In this document: one piece after another, positions 32,342-42,644 of the stretch
How positions within the stretch are numbered: position 1 is the first letter of the stretch
Layout: every line of letters starts with the position of its first letter
NCBI GenBank assembly: GCA_963733035.1
Contig: CAVTBU010000005.1
Coordinates: 1,248,001 to 1,312,000 of the forward strand
DNA length: 64,000 nucleotides
From: Pirellulales bacterium
Lineage (GTDB): Bacteria; Planctomycetota; Planctomycetia; Pirellulales; PALSA-1355
Direction: 5' to 3'
Translations under genes and position numbers: made by a program
The notes under the pieces: generated by a model
What the model was told of the DNA's origin: nothing
Seen by the model: only the letters and a program-made list of their open reading frames with translations
The model's database searches: none

Positions 32342-34501
32342 TCATTTTGCAACTCGAGTCACGCGATCGCTCGGAGGATTCGCATCGCCTGGCTTTTCGT
32401 CTTCCTCGGGTGGAGCGGGCACGCCGCTTTCGAGCCAGGCCAGCACCAACCAGCCACCACTGACCTCAAGCTGTTTTGTATCGAGAATGCCCGCCTGTCG
32501 CCAGCGGCCCGGTAAAATCAATCCGTCATATTTCACCTCGGGCTCAAAGAGCTTGCCAAATCGCTTTTCCAACAGCGTCCGCAAGGTAATCTCGCGGCCC
32601 GAGAGTCGACGCGGCTTGCCGGGTGGCACGATCGTTAGATCGCCTTGACGCGTGAGCTGGATTCCGTGAATTCCTTGCTGGTCGGGTTCACTCACCTTGA
32701 TTTTATAGTCCGCTGTGACGTTCATGGCGCGGAAGTCCTGATCGCCGGATGTGTACCGTTGGCCGCGGATCGTGATCTGGATTCCGTCGTCGGCAAACTT
32801 GACGCTGACCGGTTGGCTGCGAGCGAAGGTAATCGACCAGGGGTCGCGGTCTTCATCGCTTTCCAGCGACTCGGGCAGCGAGCCGCGCAGCTCGATGATT
32901 CGCTCTTGCAGAGCTTCTTCTTCAAGCGTCACGCCGCCCAGGAGCGCCGCTGCCAGATTGTTGATCATGGACTCGTGAATTTGCACCGCGACGTCGTTGT
33001 CGACGCTAATTGCCGGCGGACTTGTGGGGGCCGCAATCTGACTGCGATCGGCCGCTAGCACGTCGAGCAGCAAGTTCTGCTCCGTCGTGCGCAATTTCAA
33101 CTCAGGGAATTCGCGCCGGCGGATCAGGGGATTGCGAATCTTGCGGTGATAGTTCGCGTGCGCTTCGGCCATCTGCTCGTTGATTTGCTTGTCCATTCGC
33201 AAGCGTACTCGATCCGCCGCATGATCCGCCGCGATTCGTTCGGCTTGCGACTTCTGTTCACCCACTCGCCGCGAGGCGACGCGTTGCACCAGGCCCGAGC
33301 CACCAATTCCAGTGACGAGCGTATTGGTGTTCGCCGCGGCCGTGGCCGGATAGCTGGCGAAGCCCTTGTCGTCGATTACGATCCGCTTTCGCCCGGCGAT
33401 GGCGGTAGCGCCGTTGGAGTAAATAGTCGCCGGTCCGTTCAGTCCGACCGTGCGACTCGTCACGACGCCGGAAAGCAGCGTATCGAGCTTTGCATTGTTC
33501 TCGCTGGGCACTAGCTTGACGGTAACCGTGCCGACCATGTGCCCGTTGCCGTTGATGTTGGTACCGAGGATGTAGTCGTGCACCGGGGTCAGCTCGTCGA
33601 GCGGCTGTTCGATGCCGGCGGCAACCAGTCGCTCCGATGCGACTACTTGCAAGTTTGGTCGCGACAGCTGCTCGCGAATGACGCGAATCAGCACCGGCAC
33701 CTGATTTCGGGCCTGCAACCAACCGAGCCGCGTACCAATCGCGGTGGCTGTTTCTTCCGTGGGCTCCTGGGCATATTGCTCAAGCGCGGCGGAAAGGCTT
33801 TTGATTTGCTCGACGAACTGGTCGTGAAAGTCGCTACTGTGCGACGCCAGTTCGCTGACATACCGTTCAACGGCATCGGCGGTATTGGTGAAGATCGGCA
33901 TCTCGAGTCCGACCTGATCGGCCGTCAACTTGTGATAGACCGCGGCCAGCACGTCGACGTCGGGTTTCTCGGCCTTGAGTTGCGCTTGAAGATCTTGCCA
34001 CTGAAGATACTTCTTCCAGGCGGCGCCATTTGCACCAGTCAGGTAGTCGCCCAACTTGCCGGCCGTGGTTTCAAGCGCTGCCTTGGAGGCCTTCAGATCG
34101 GCTTCGGTAATGGGACGAAAGTTTGCTTCCGCTTGCAATGTGGCTTGCGCCAAACTCGGCGCTTGCAGCACGCGCAGTTCGTCGATCCAATCGGCCAACG
34201 CCCTGCGAAGGGTTACAAATCGCGGCAATTCGAGCCCCGCCGCATCGCTCTGGAGCTTCGCCGCGACCCCTTCCAACGTTTCCAGATCGGCCTCTTTGCC
34301 CTTTGCGAGCTGCTCCCGCAGTGCTGGCAGATTCAGATACTGCGACCAACCATCGGCCGTCGCGCCCGTGCCCAGCCAATCGTCGAGGTTGGTCAAAGCA
34401 TGCTGAACATCTTCGGGAGTTTCAGCGATTGCCGCTTGTGCGAAAGATACGCAGCTTATGAGAATCGTCGCGACTGCGAGGAACCGAGCTTGGGTTCGCA
34501 T
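32342..34501 (-). CDS. Large secreted hypothetical protein (two helical repeats plus beta-rich C-terminal half)
   Basis: AGGAGG RBS, signal peptide ending AQA/AIA, ~720-aa open frame. Confidence 0.85.
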   Translation of the reverse strand: MRTQARFLAVATILISCVSFAQAAIAETPEDVQHALTNLDDWLGTGATADGWSQYLNLPALREQLAKGKEADLETLEGVAAKLQSDAAGLELPRFVTLRRALADWIDELRVLQAPSLAQATLQAEANFRPITEADLKASKAALETTAGKLGDYLTGANGAAWKKYLQWQDLQAQLKAEKPDVDVLAAVYHKLTADQVGLEMPIFTNTADAVERYVSELASHSSDFHDQFVEQIKSLSAALEQYAQEPTEETATAIGTRLGWLQARNQVPVLIRVIREQLSRPNLQVVASERLVAAGIEQPLDELTPVHDYILGTNINGNGHMVGTVTVKLVPSENNAKLDTLLSGVVTSRTVGLNGPATIYSNGATAIAGRKRIVIDDKGFASYPATAAANTNTLVTGIGGSGLVQRVASRRVGEQKSQAERIAADHAADRVRLRMDKQINEQMAEAHANYHRKIRNPLIRRREFPELKLRTTEQNLLLDVLAADRSQIAAPTSPPAISVDNDVAVQIHESMINNLAAALLGGVTLEEEALQERIIELRGSLPESLESDEDRDPWSITFARSQPVSVKFADDGIQITIRGQRYTSGDQDFRAMNVTADYKIKVSEPDQQGIHGIQLTRQGDLTIVPPGKPRRLSGREITLRTLLEKRFGKLFEPEVKYDGLILPGRWRQAGILDTKQLEVSGGWLVLAWLESGVPAPPEEDEKPGDANPPSDRVTRVAK

Positions 34502-34905
34502 GGCAAACCTCCTTGATTGGTGGGGCTCCGTGGTCTCCCGGGGCCTCTTTGATAACACAAAAGGCCTTAAATGACCACATCTTAAGTGCGTCAGACGATC
34601 CTCCCATCCAAGCTCGCCGATACCTTGTGATCGACTAAGTAATCGCAAGTTCACATGTTTTTTCATTTGATTTGATCGATAACTTTTGCGTAATCCACAA
34701 AAAGCCCCCAATCAGCCCATTGCTTGGACCGGAACGATTTGCCCACAATACCGGTCCAAATTTGTTCCCACAAGCAACCCACCCCCGAACCTGCAAAGTT
34801 GTCGGACTGGCGCAAGGGAAACCCAGTCCAGCGTGTCTCCGCACATAGAGCGAAACACGTTCCGTTTTTCACCTTGGAAGTGCTACCTGGAGGAGGACCT
34901 GGAAA

Positions 34906-36015
34906 ATGGTTCGAGGATTGTTCCTGCTGTTACTAGGGTTCGTTACCAGTGCAAATGTCGCCGTTGGCCGACTTGCCGATCGGCCGATGCCGGGCATCGA
35001 CGAACCAATCGCGCGCGTGCCGCAATCGATTTTGTTCCCGGATCTGGCGGTCCGCGACCTGCTAGCTGACAGCAAGCCGGCACCGCCGGTAGCAGCGCCA
35101 GCCGTGGAAGAGGTCAAGACGGGAGCCTCGGCGGAAGAGAGCCGCGACGGCCAGATCGCGACAACCTCGCACGAACAAAACGAACCGGCGAATTCCAATC
35201 CGGTCAAGGCCGCCACGCTCGACACGCGACGCATTCACACCGACTATCAGCAGGCGATGGAGGAAGCGAGCGAAAGCCGCAAGATGCTGTTCATCTACTT
35301 TCACGACTCGGGGATGACCGCCGCACGGCGTGCCTTCGAAACCCAAACCCTGCCGACGCTCGAAATCCAGGAGAAGCTGAACCGGTACGTGTATTTGGAG
35401 TTGCCAGTCAACGCCGAAGTCCAAATGGATGGCCAGCCGGTTACCCTCCTGAAGCACGCGGCGTTTGCCGAAATGCTTGGCCGATCGGGCATCGCAATTG
35501 TTGACCTGGCGCACGAACGGGCCGACTACTACGGACACGTCGTCAGCACCTTTCCATTCACACCCGGCAAGTATTACCGAAGCGAAGCGCTGTCGATCAT
35601 CTTGGATCTACCCCCCGGCACGCTCACTCAGCGCACGATGATTTATGCGGTACGTATTCATCCGGAGGCCCCGCGGAGTACCCAGGGACAATTCCACATG
35701 GTACTTGCCGACGAGGCGAAATCGCACGCCGACTACCAGGCATCCATCCAGGTGCAAGGCCACCACAGTTGGGAATCGAGGTTCCATCGGATCAACGCGA
35801 AGCTGCCCAACAATGCGCTGGCCCAGGAGGTTGTCGCCGAAAGTTGGCCCAACGAAAACCTGGTCGAAGCTTGCGTCGATTGCGTTGACAGCTGGCGGCA
35901 CAGCCCAGGCCACTGGAGCGCGGTCCGCTCGCGGCATCCGCTGTTCGGCTACGACATCAAGCGCGGACGCAACGGCATCTGGTATGCCACGGGAATCTTT
36001 GGTCGCTTTCATTAG
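34906..36015 (+). CDS. Secreted protein with a thioredoxin-like fold segment and a C-terminal CAP/SCP-like domain
   Basis: GGAGGAGG RBS, signal peptide, DYQQAMEEA...KMLFIYF (no CxxC), HADYQA...QGHH...EVVAESW...WRHSPGHW. Confidence 0.75.
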   Translation: MVRGLFLLLLGFVTSANVAVGRLADRPMPGIDEPIARVPQSILFPDLAVRDLLADSKPAPPVAAPAVEEVKTGASAEESRDGQIATTSHEQNEPANSNPVKAATLDTRRIHTDYQQAMEEASESRKMLFIYFHDSGMTAARRAFETQTLPTLEIQEKLNRYVYLELPVNAEVQMDGQPVTLLKHAAFAEMLGRSGIAIVDLAHERADYYGHVVSTFPFTPGKYYRSEALSIILDLPPGTLTQRTMIYAVRIHPEAPRSTQGQFHMVLADEAKSHADYQASIQVQGHHSWESRFHRINAKLPNNALAQEVVAESWPNENLVEACVDCVDSWRHSPGHWSAVRSRHPLFGYDIKRGRNGIWYATGIFGRFH

Positions 36016-36049
36016 CCGCCCGTCGTTGCCCTCGGCTGCTTGACACCAC

Positions 36050-36095
36050 AACCCCCTCGGCCCAGCGAGTTCTCCGGGCCGAGGGGGTTCTTTTT
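36050..36095 (+). terminator. Intrinsic terminator
   Basis: AACCCCCTCGGCCC-loop-GGGCCGAGGGGGTT-CTTTTT downstream of the CAP gene. Confidence 0.85.
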
Positions 36096-36264
36096 GCGCT
36101 CGTGGCAGGTCGCCCACGCTCGCGCGGCTGTAACGGTCGTAACGCGCATGCCTGCGACGAAGACTCGCGCGTGTGGCGAAAAGGCATCGTGTGGCGAAAA
36201 GTGCATGGTACGTTTTCTATGAAGCGGAATTGTTTTCCCACCGCCCGAGCGGTGAACGGAGTCC

Positions 36265-38684
36265 ATGCGCACGCCTGCTCACAGTCTTGTCGAACTCGCG
36301 CTTGCCAGAAATCTAATCTGGATCATGCTTGGCTGCGCGCTGGTGGCGGTGGGCTGCGCCAATTGTCGAATTCCGAGGATCGATCCAACCGGCGAACGCC
36401 TCTTTGTCTGGGGCCAGCCGGCGGCATCCCCGGCCCTCTCGACGGCGCCGCCGTTTAATCCGACGCTCGCGCCAACCGCACCGGTGATGACAGCGCTCCG
36501 CCCGCGGCAGCCATTGGCGGCGCGCAGGTTCCGTCGCTGACACCCCTTGGTGCGCCGGGCTTAACCGTCAGTCCAAGCCAGGTGATCGCACCCATTGGCA
36601 GCGAGGTCGTGATGATCGCTACCGTCATCGCTGACGAAGGTTACCCGCTGACGCGAGAAAAAATCGAATGGATGCTCGACGCCGAAGGGCCCGGGCAGTT
36701 CGTCAGCCCTGGGGTGCGCCGACCCTGGGACCTGCTCAATTGTCTGCATCGCTATCCGAAGAAGATCTCGCCAATCTACGCGATCAATCGCACGCTAACG
36801 GCGCCCATGACGATCGACCGGGGAACGCCGACGGCGGCCGACGACATCAACGTGCAAGACGGGCAAGCCTGGGTGACCGTCACCGCTGCCAGCGAAGGAA
36901 CCAGTCACGTCACCGTCTTTGCACCCGAAGTCGACGGCTGGGACCGTCGTCAACAGTCGGCCACGATCTACTGGGTTGACGCCCAGTGGCGGTTTCCTGC
37001 CCCTGGCATCACGCCCGTGGGCGGCCGCAACACGCTTTCGACCGTCGTCACGCGACAGTCCGACGGGGCGCCACTGCCTGGTTGGGTCGTGCGATACGAC
37101 ATTACTGGGGGGCCGCCCGCCGTCTTTGCTCCCAATGGCACCACCAGCGTGGAAATTATCACCAACGCGTCGGGGGAAGCGCCTGCGGAAATTTATCAGG
37201 TGCAGTCGACCCCTGGTACAAATCAAATCCAGATGCAGGTGATTCGACCGCCCGGTGCCAACGGCCAGGGGCGACAATTGCCGGTCGGCACCGGAACGAC
37301 GCTACAAACATGGTCGTCGGGCGAAGCCGGCGCACCGTACAATCCGCCACCAGTGCAAACGCAGCCACCGGTCTTCACGCCAGTCCCCTCCGCGCCGACA
37401 CCGGCGCCCAGTCTGCAAGGCTCGCCGCCGGCAGGCCAGCCGAGCACGCCGCAACCTCAGCCAGCCGAACCCCAGGCACAAACGCCCACCCCCGCGCCCA
37501 AGGCGCTGCCGAAGCTGGAGGTAACGGTCAACGCGCCACCGCAGGCCGTGGTCGGCAGTGACGTGGACTTTGAGATCCAGGTGGCCAATCGTGGCAATGC
37601 CACGGCCACGGGGCTGCTCGTCACCGACCGGTTTGACGAAGGGCTGCAGCACTCGAGTGCCGGAGCCAATCAAGCCATCAAGCGCAGCCTAACCGACCTG
37701 CGGCCAGGTGAAACCAGTCGACTGGCGGTCACGTTCCATATCGGCAAGGCCGGCGAGTTGTGTCAAGAAGTGACGGTCACGGCCAACAGCATCGAGCCAA
37801 TTTCAACGCGCCGTTGCATCGCCGCCAACGAGTCGCCGCTGGCCGAACCACAGGTGACCGAACCGGCACCGGTCTCTCCAATCGCGCCCCAGCAACCCAC
37901 CCCGGCCGAATCGCCCGAGCCCACGCCGGCCGCCTCTCCCCTGACGGTTGTGAAGCAAGGTCCCCAGCGTCGAAACGTCGGCGAAACGGCCCTGTTCAGC
38001 ATCGAAGTCTCCAATCGCAGCGACCATGCGGTCAACAACATCGAGATTGCCGACAACTATGAAATCAGCCTGGAGCCGGTGCGTGCCACGGGTGGCTCTA
38101 CTTGGCTGCAAGGAAATGCCTTGGGATGGAAGATCGCGTCGCTTGAACCAGGACGCACGATCCGCCGCGAGATCGAGCTGAAGTGTCTGCGCGAAACGCC
38201 GCGGGCCTGCAATCGCGTCACCGTGACGGCCGACGAAATGGAAGCGATCGCCGACGAAGCCTGCCTCGAAATCGTGGGCGGCGACGCCGGAGCCCCCATG
38301 CCCACCCTGCCGGCCACCGGCACCGACCTCTCGGTAACCGCCGTTGAAACGGCCGACCCCATCCGGCTCAATGGGCAAACGACGTATCAGGTAATCCTCA
38401 CGAACAAGGGAGAATCCTCGGCCTTCGACGTCAAACTCGATGTGAAGTTCGGCGATGAGTTGCAATTGCTGCAGCACAGCGGCGGGTCGGTGCAGGGGTC
38501 GACCGTGGAGGGCGGTGTTCGATTTCCGGCCATTCGTGAACTGCGAGCGGGCGAAACACAAACCTTTGAATTGCGCTTCAAGGGCGTGCAAGCGGGGACG
38601 GGCAAAGTGCACGTCGAAGTCACCAGTCGCGGAATGAATATGCCCATTACGGCCGACCAGACAACCGAAGTTTTGGGGCCCTAA
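36265..38684 (+). pseudogene. DUF11-repeat lipoprotein (OmcB-like repeats), frameshifted near 36495
   Basis: Lipobox VAVG-C and PRIDPTGERLF in ORF 36265-36540; three DUF11-like units (FEIQVANRG, FSIEVSNRS, YQVILTNKG) downstream. Adding one base near 36496 gives MTAPPPAAAIGG in frame. May be a sequencing error. Confidence 0.8.
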
Positions 38685-38814
38685 GGCTCGCCCCCACGAT
38701 CTCTCCGGCTGACCGCGAGCGATCGCGGCAAACGTGCTAAGATAACCCGACCGGTTTTCTTCGTCGCCTTTAGGCAACTGCCTGCACGTTTCCGCCAGCA
38801 CAAGATTGCCACCC

Positions 38815-39561
38815 ATGTCGAGCGAGAAGGCGACGGCCATCGTGCTGCGAGTGGTCGAGTTCAGCGAAAGCAGCAGCGTGGTCACGCTGTTCACACGCGA
38901 ATTCGGCAAGGTGCGGGCCTTGGCTAAGGGGGCCCGGCGCCCCAAGGGCCCCTTCGAGTCTGCCCTTGACCTCCTGGCCATGTGTCGCGTAGTGTTCCTC
39001 CGCAAATCGTCCGATTCCCTGGACCTGTTGACCGAAGCCAAGCTCGAGCGGCGGTTTCGGCCGCCGGGTGGCAACCTACCGAGTTTGTATGCAGCCTACT
39101 ACGTGGCGGAACTGTTGAATGAGCTGACCGACGACTATGATCCCCATGCCGGCCTGTTCGATGCGGCCAACGAGACGCTGGAATTGTTGGCTGCTGGCCA
39201 GGGAGCGGCAGATTCGTTGGTGCGATTCGAGCTAGCGGCGCTACGGGAAATTGGACATTTGCCGACACTCGATGCGTGCGCCAATTGCGGCCGCCCACTC
39301 GAGACGACCGGCCGCGTGCCGTTCAGCCAGCTGGCTGGCGGAGCGCTATGCAAAACATGTCGCGTGGGTCAAAAACAAGTCATTTCCATTAGCCCTCAAA
39401 CCTTTGAGGCCCTGAAGCAATTTGCCACCGAGGGCGCCCAACCGTCCGCGTTGGATGCCCGCGTATACGGAGAGTTGCGGGGCGTATTGAATCACTACTG
39501 GACACATCTCCTCGGACGTCCACCGAGGATGCAGCGCTGGCTCTCGCCGGCGGGTCATTAA
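38815..39561 (+). CDS. recO: DNA repair protein RecO
   Basis: AIVLRVVEFSESS..VTLFTREFGKVRALAKGARR; Zn motif CANC...CKTC. Confidence 0.95.
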   Translation: MSSEKATAIVLRVVEFSESSSVVTLFTREFGKVRALAKGARRPKGPFESALDLLAMCRVVFLRKSSDSLDLLTEAKLERRFRPPGGNLPSLYAAYYVAELLNELTDDYDPHAGLFDAANETLELLAAGQGAADSLVRFELAALREIGHLPTLDACANCGRPLETTGRVPFSQLAGGALCKTCRVGQKQVISISPQTFEALKQFATEGAQPSALDARVYGELRGVLNHYWTHLLGRPPRMQRWLSPAGH

Positions 39562-39585
39562 TCCATTGATAGTAACGCAGGCGCA

Positions 39586-40926
39586 ATGCATGCTGGCCGA
39601 AGGCGCAAATTGACGATCCTTGCCGTGTGCCTGTTGTTGGCCGTCGGCTGCGCGCTGACGAACGACAAGCCCAAGGTCGCTAAGTCGCCGCTGACCGCCG
39701 AACAGGCAAAATGGTGGGCCGACAACCGGCACCGCGCATCCTACGTTAAGGGAAAAGGTTATTACGTCGAGGGAACGAGCGGGTTCTTCGACCACGACGG
39801 TCACCGCGTTTCAAATGATTTGGGCAGCTTGGTCGAGAAGGACGACCGTGGGGTTTTGGCCAGACTGGCTCCCAAGAGTCTGATGGCCGACGCGAAGAAG
39901 GCCGTTGGAAAAGGTCCCAATGAACAAGTCGCTCGCCAGGCGCTCGCCGAAGGCGACTCGCTGTTTCGACAGAAGAAGTACAAACAGGCGGCCGACGCCT
40001 ATCGCACGGCGTACAAACGATGGCCCGACTCTCCGTTGGAGGAGGAAGCCATCTTCAAGGCGGGTGAAAGCGAATTTTTTGCCGATCGCTACGTCAAGGC
40101 CGAAGACGAATACGCGCTGCTGGTCAAGAAATTCCAGTCAACTCAGTACCTCAGCCAGATTACCGAACGTCGCTTTGCCATCGGCCGCTACTGGGAAGCC
40201 AAGGATCGGGCCAACCCCAAGTTCGTTCTGGTTCCAAACCTTACCGACAAGACCTTGCCGCGTTTTGACACCGGCGGTCATGCATTGCGGGAATACGAAA
40301 AAGTCCGGCTCGACGATCCGATCGGTCCTCGCGCCGACGACGCCGTCATGGCCACCGCCAACGCCTACTTCCTGAAAGGTCGCTGGGACGACGCCGACTA
40401 CCACTACGGGTTGTTGCGTTCCGAATTCCCCAAGAGCGAGCACCAGTATCAGGCTCACCTGCTGGGATTACGCTGCGCGCTGTTACGCTATCAGGGACCG
40501 CAATACGACGGCACGCAGCTGGATGAGGCCGAGGATTTGGCCACCCAATTGCTGACTCAGTTTCCGCAAGATCTGGGCGAAGACCGCGAACGCGTGGTCC
40601 GGGTCCGGGCCGATGTCCGCACGCAGCGCGCTCTGCGTGAATGGGAAATGGCCGAGTTCTACGCCAAGAACGAATACTACGGCGCCGCCCGGCATTACTA
40701 TGCCAAAGTGATCGACGAGTTCCCCGAGACCAAGCTCGCCGAATTGTCGCATGAGCGAGTCAACGACTTCAAAGCCGAGCCCGCGAACCCCACGCCTCCC
40801 TTCGAGTGGTTGGTGAAATGGCTGCCCGAGTCCAAGAAAGGCGGCCCCAATGTCACGCCCACGATTCCCTCGTCGGTGGGAACATCCGCCGTGGCACAAG
40901 GCGGCGATGGTTCGATCAACAGGTAG
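39586..40926 (+). CDS. TPR lipoprotein, outer-membrane assembly factor BamD-like
   Basis: Lipobox LAVG-C; TPR pairs (YKRWPDSP, LVKKFQST, AEFY...YYAKVIDEFPET); adjacent to an LptE-like gene. Confidence 0.8.
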   Translation: MHAGRRRKLTILAVCLLLAVGCALTNDKPKVAKSPLTAEQAKWWADNRHRASYVKGKGYYVEGTSGFFDHDGHRVSNDLGSLVEKDDRGVLARLAPKSLMADAKKAVGKGPNEQVARQALAEGDSLFRQKKYKQAADAYRTAYKRWPDSPLEEEAIFKAGESEFFADRYVKAEDEYALLVKKFQSTQYLSQITERRFAIGRYWEAKDRANPKFVLVPNLTDKTLPRFDTGGHALREYEKVRLDDPIGPRADDAVMATANAYFLKGRWDDADYHYGLLRSEFPKSEHQYQAHLLGLRCALLRYQGPQYDGTQLDEAEDLATQLLTQFPQDLGEDRERVVRVRADVRTQRALREWEMAEFYAKNEYYGAARHYYAKVIDEFPETKLAELSHERVNDFKAEPANPTPPFEWLVKWLPESKKGGPNVTPTIPSSVGTSAVAQGGDGSINR

Positions 40927-40941
40927 CCGGGACGCAACATC

Positions 40942-41538
40942 GTGAACAACGTCGCTCCAATTCGCGTGCCTGCAAACGCACCTTGCGGAGAGTTTCTCGC
41001 TACGCGCCGCCGGGCTTTGCAATCGCTGGGCGGCACGCTGGCGGTCGCCATGCTCTCGCTAACCGGCTGCGCCGCCTACCGCTTTGGATCCGCGTCGCTC
41101 TATCCGCCAGACATTCAAACGGTATACGTGCCGGTATTTGAGTCGGACAGTTTCCGCCGCAACCTGGCAGAGTTCTTGACCGAGGCCGTGGCGAAAGAAA
41201 TTGAATTGAAAACACCGTACAAGGTCGTCGGCACTCCCCAGGCCGATAGCGTCCTATCGGGCAAAATCACCACCGATACCAAACGGGTGATCATCGAAGA
41301 TAAATATGACTATCCTCGTGAAACGCAAGTGAACATGTCGGTTGAGGTCCGCTGGGTGAATCGCAAGGGAGACCAGATCAATCAGGCAGGTACCATTCCC
41401 CTTCCCCAAAACCTGGTCACGATCAGCGGCGACGGAGTTTTGATACCTGAATACGGTCAGTCGGTGGCAACCGCCCAGTTGATGGCCATTCAACGGCTCT
41501 CGGCGCAGATCGTGTCGCTGATGGAAATGCCGTGGTAA
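40942..41538 (+). CDS. LptE family LPS-assembly lipoprotein
   Basis: Lipobox LTG-C, YRFG...IQTVYVPVFES...LTEAVAKEI...ADSVLSGKI. Confidence 0.8.
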   Translation: MNNVAPIRVPANAPCGEFLATRRRALQSLGGTLAVAMLSLTGCAAYRFGSASLYPPDIQTVYVPVFESDSFRRNLAEFLTEAVAKEIELKTPYKVVGTPQADSVLSGKITTDTKRVIIEDKYDYPRETQVNMSVEVRWVNRKGDQINQAGTIPLPQNLVTISGDGVLIPEYGQSVATAQLMAIQRLSAQIVSLMEMPW

Positions 41539-41565
41539 GCTGGCGAGATGCCGTCTTCTTATCCA

Positions 41566-42462
41566 ATGTCGCTCGCCGACCGCTTTCCTGGTCGGGCTAC
41601 CGCCTGGCAGTTGCGCTCGCACCGGTTGCATTTACCGCGGCGGCCACTGGTGATGGGCATCGTCAACGTCACGCCAGATAGCTTTTCTGACGGCGGACAA
41701 TTCCTGGAGCACTCGGCGGCCGCGGACCACGCGCTCGAGTTGGTGACGGCCGGAGCGGACTTGCTCGACATCGGCGGCGAAAGCACGCGCCCCTATTCCG
41801 AATCTGTCGACGCAGGCACCGAACTTGCTCGCGTGCTGCCCGTGATCCAGGCCATTTCGCCTCATGTGCTGGTGCCAATCTCGATTGATACTTCCAAGGC
41901 CGAAGTTGCCAGGGAAGCGCTGGCCGCCGGGGCGGAGCTGATCAACGACATCACGGGTTTGACCGGCGACGATCAGATGCTCGGTGTGGCGATCGAGTCG
42001 CAGGCCGGCGTTTGTGCCATGCATATGCGGGGCAATCCGCAGACAATGCAAGACAACCCGACGTATGACGACGTCGTGGGCGAGGTTCTCGCCTTTCTCA
42101 AGCAGCGTCGCGACCAATTGGTGGCCGCCGGCATTCCGGCCGAGCGCATTGCCCTCGATCCGGGGATCGGTTTCGGCAAAACGCATCAACACAACCTGAC
42201 GCTTGCCGCCCATGCCCACCGGCTGCACGAGTTGGGTTGTCCGGTGCTGGTCGGCCCCTCGCGCAAGGCTTTCATCGGCAAGGTCATCGGAGACAAGCAG
42301 GCCAACCGCACGGCCGGCACGGCGGGCGTGGCACTGGCATTGGCTGTTCAGGGCGTGCAGGTTGTTCGCGTGCACGATGTCGCCGCCGTACGGCAGGCGC
42401 TGCTGCTGTTCGAGGCCTGCGGCGGCATCGATGGCGAAGCCGGAATCCTCGCCCAGGACTAG
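41566..42462 (+). CDS. folP: Dihydropteroate synthase
   Basis: MGIVNVTPDSFSDGG, DIGGESTRP, DPGIGFGK, SRK, RVHDV. Start at 41566 or 41548. Confidence 0.96.
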   Translation: MSLADRFPGRATAWQLRSHRLHLPRRPLVMGIVNVTPDSFSDGGQFLEHSAAADHALELVTAGADLLDIGGESTRPYSESVDAGTELARVLPVIQAISPHVLVPISIDTSKAEVAREALAAGAELINDITGLTGDDQMLGVAIESQAGVCAMHMRGNPQTMQDNPTYDDVVGEVLAFLKQRRDQLVAAGIPAERIALDPGIGFGKTHQHNLTLAAHAHRLHELGCPVLVGPSRKAFIGKVIGDKQANRTAGTAGVALALAVQGVQVVRVHDVAAVRQALLLFEACGGIDGEAGILAQD

Positions 42463-42644
42463 AATCTACGTGTAACTGCCGTTCGCGTCGGCAGATAGCG
42501 ACGTTGACCCTCGGCAATCGATGGGGGATACTTGATAGGTCAACCGGCGAACGTTCGCTGCGACAAAAGCGTCTTGAATCGCAGGACGATGGCGACGATC
42601 CTACCGGTCGACGCTTCCGAAATCTTCGCTGAAAGTTAGCCCTC

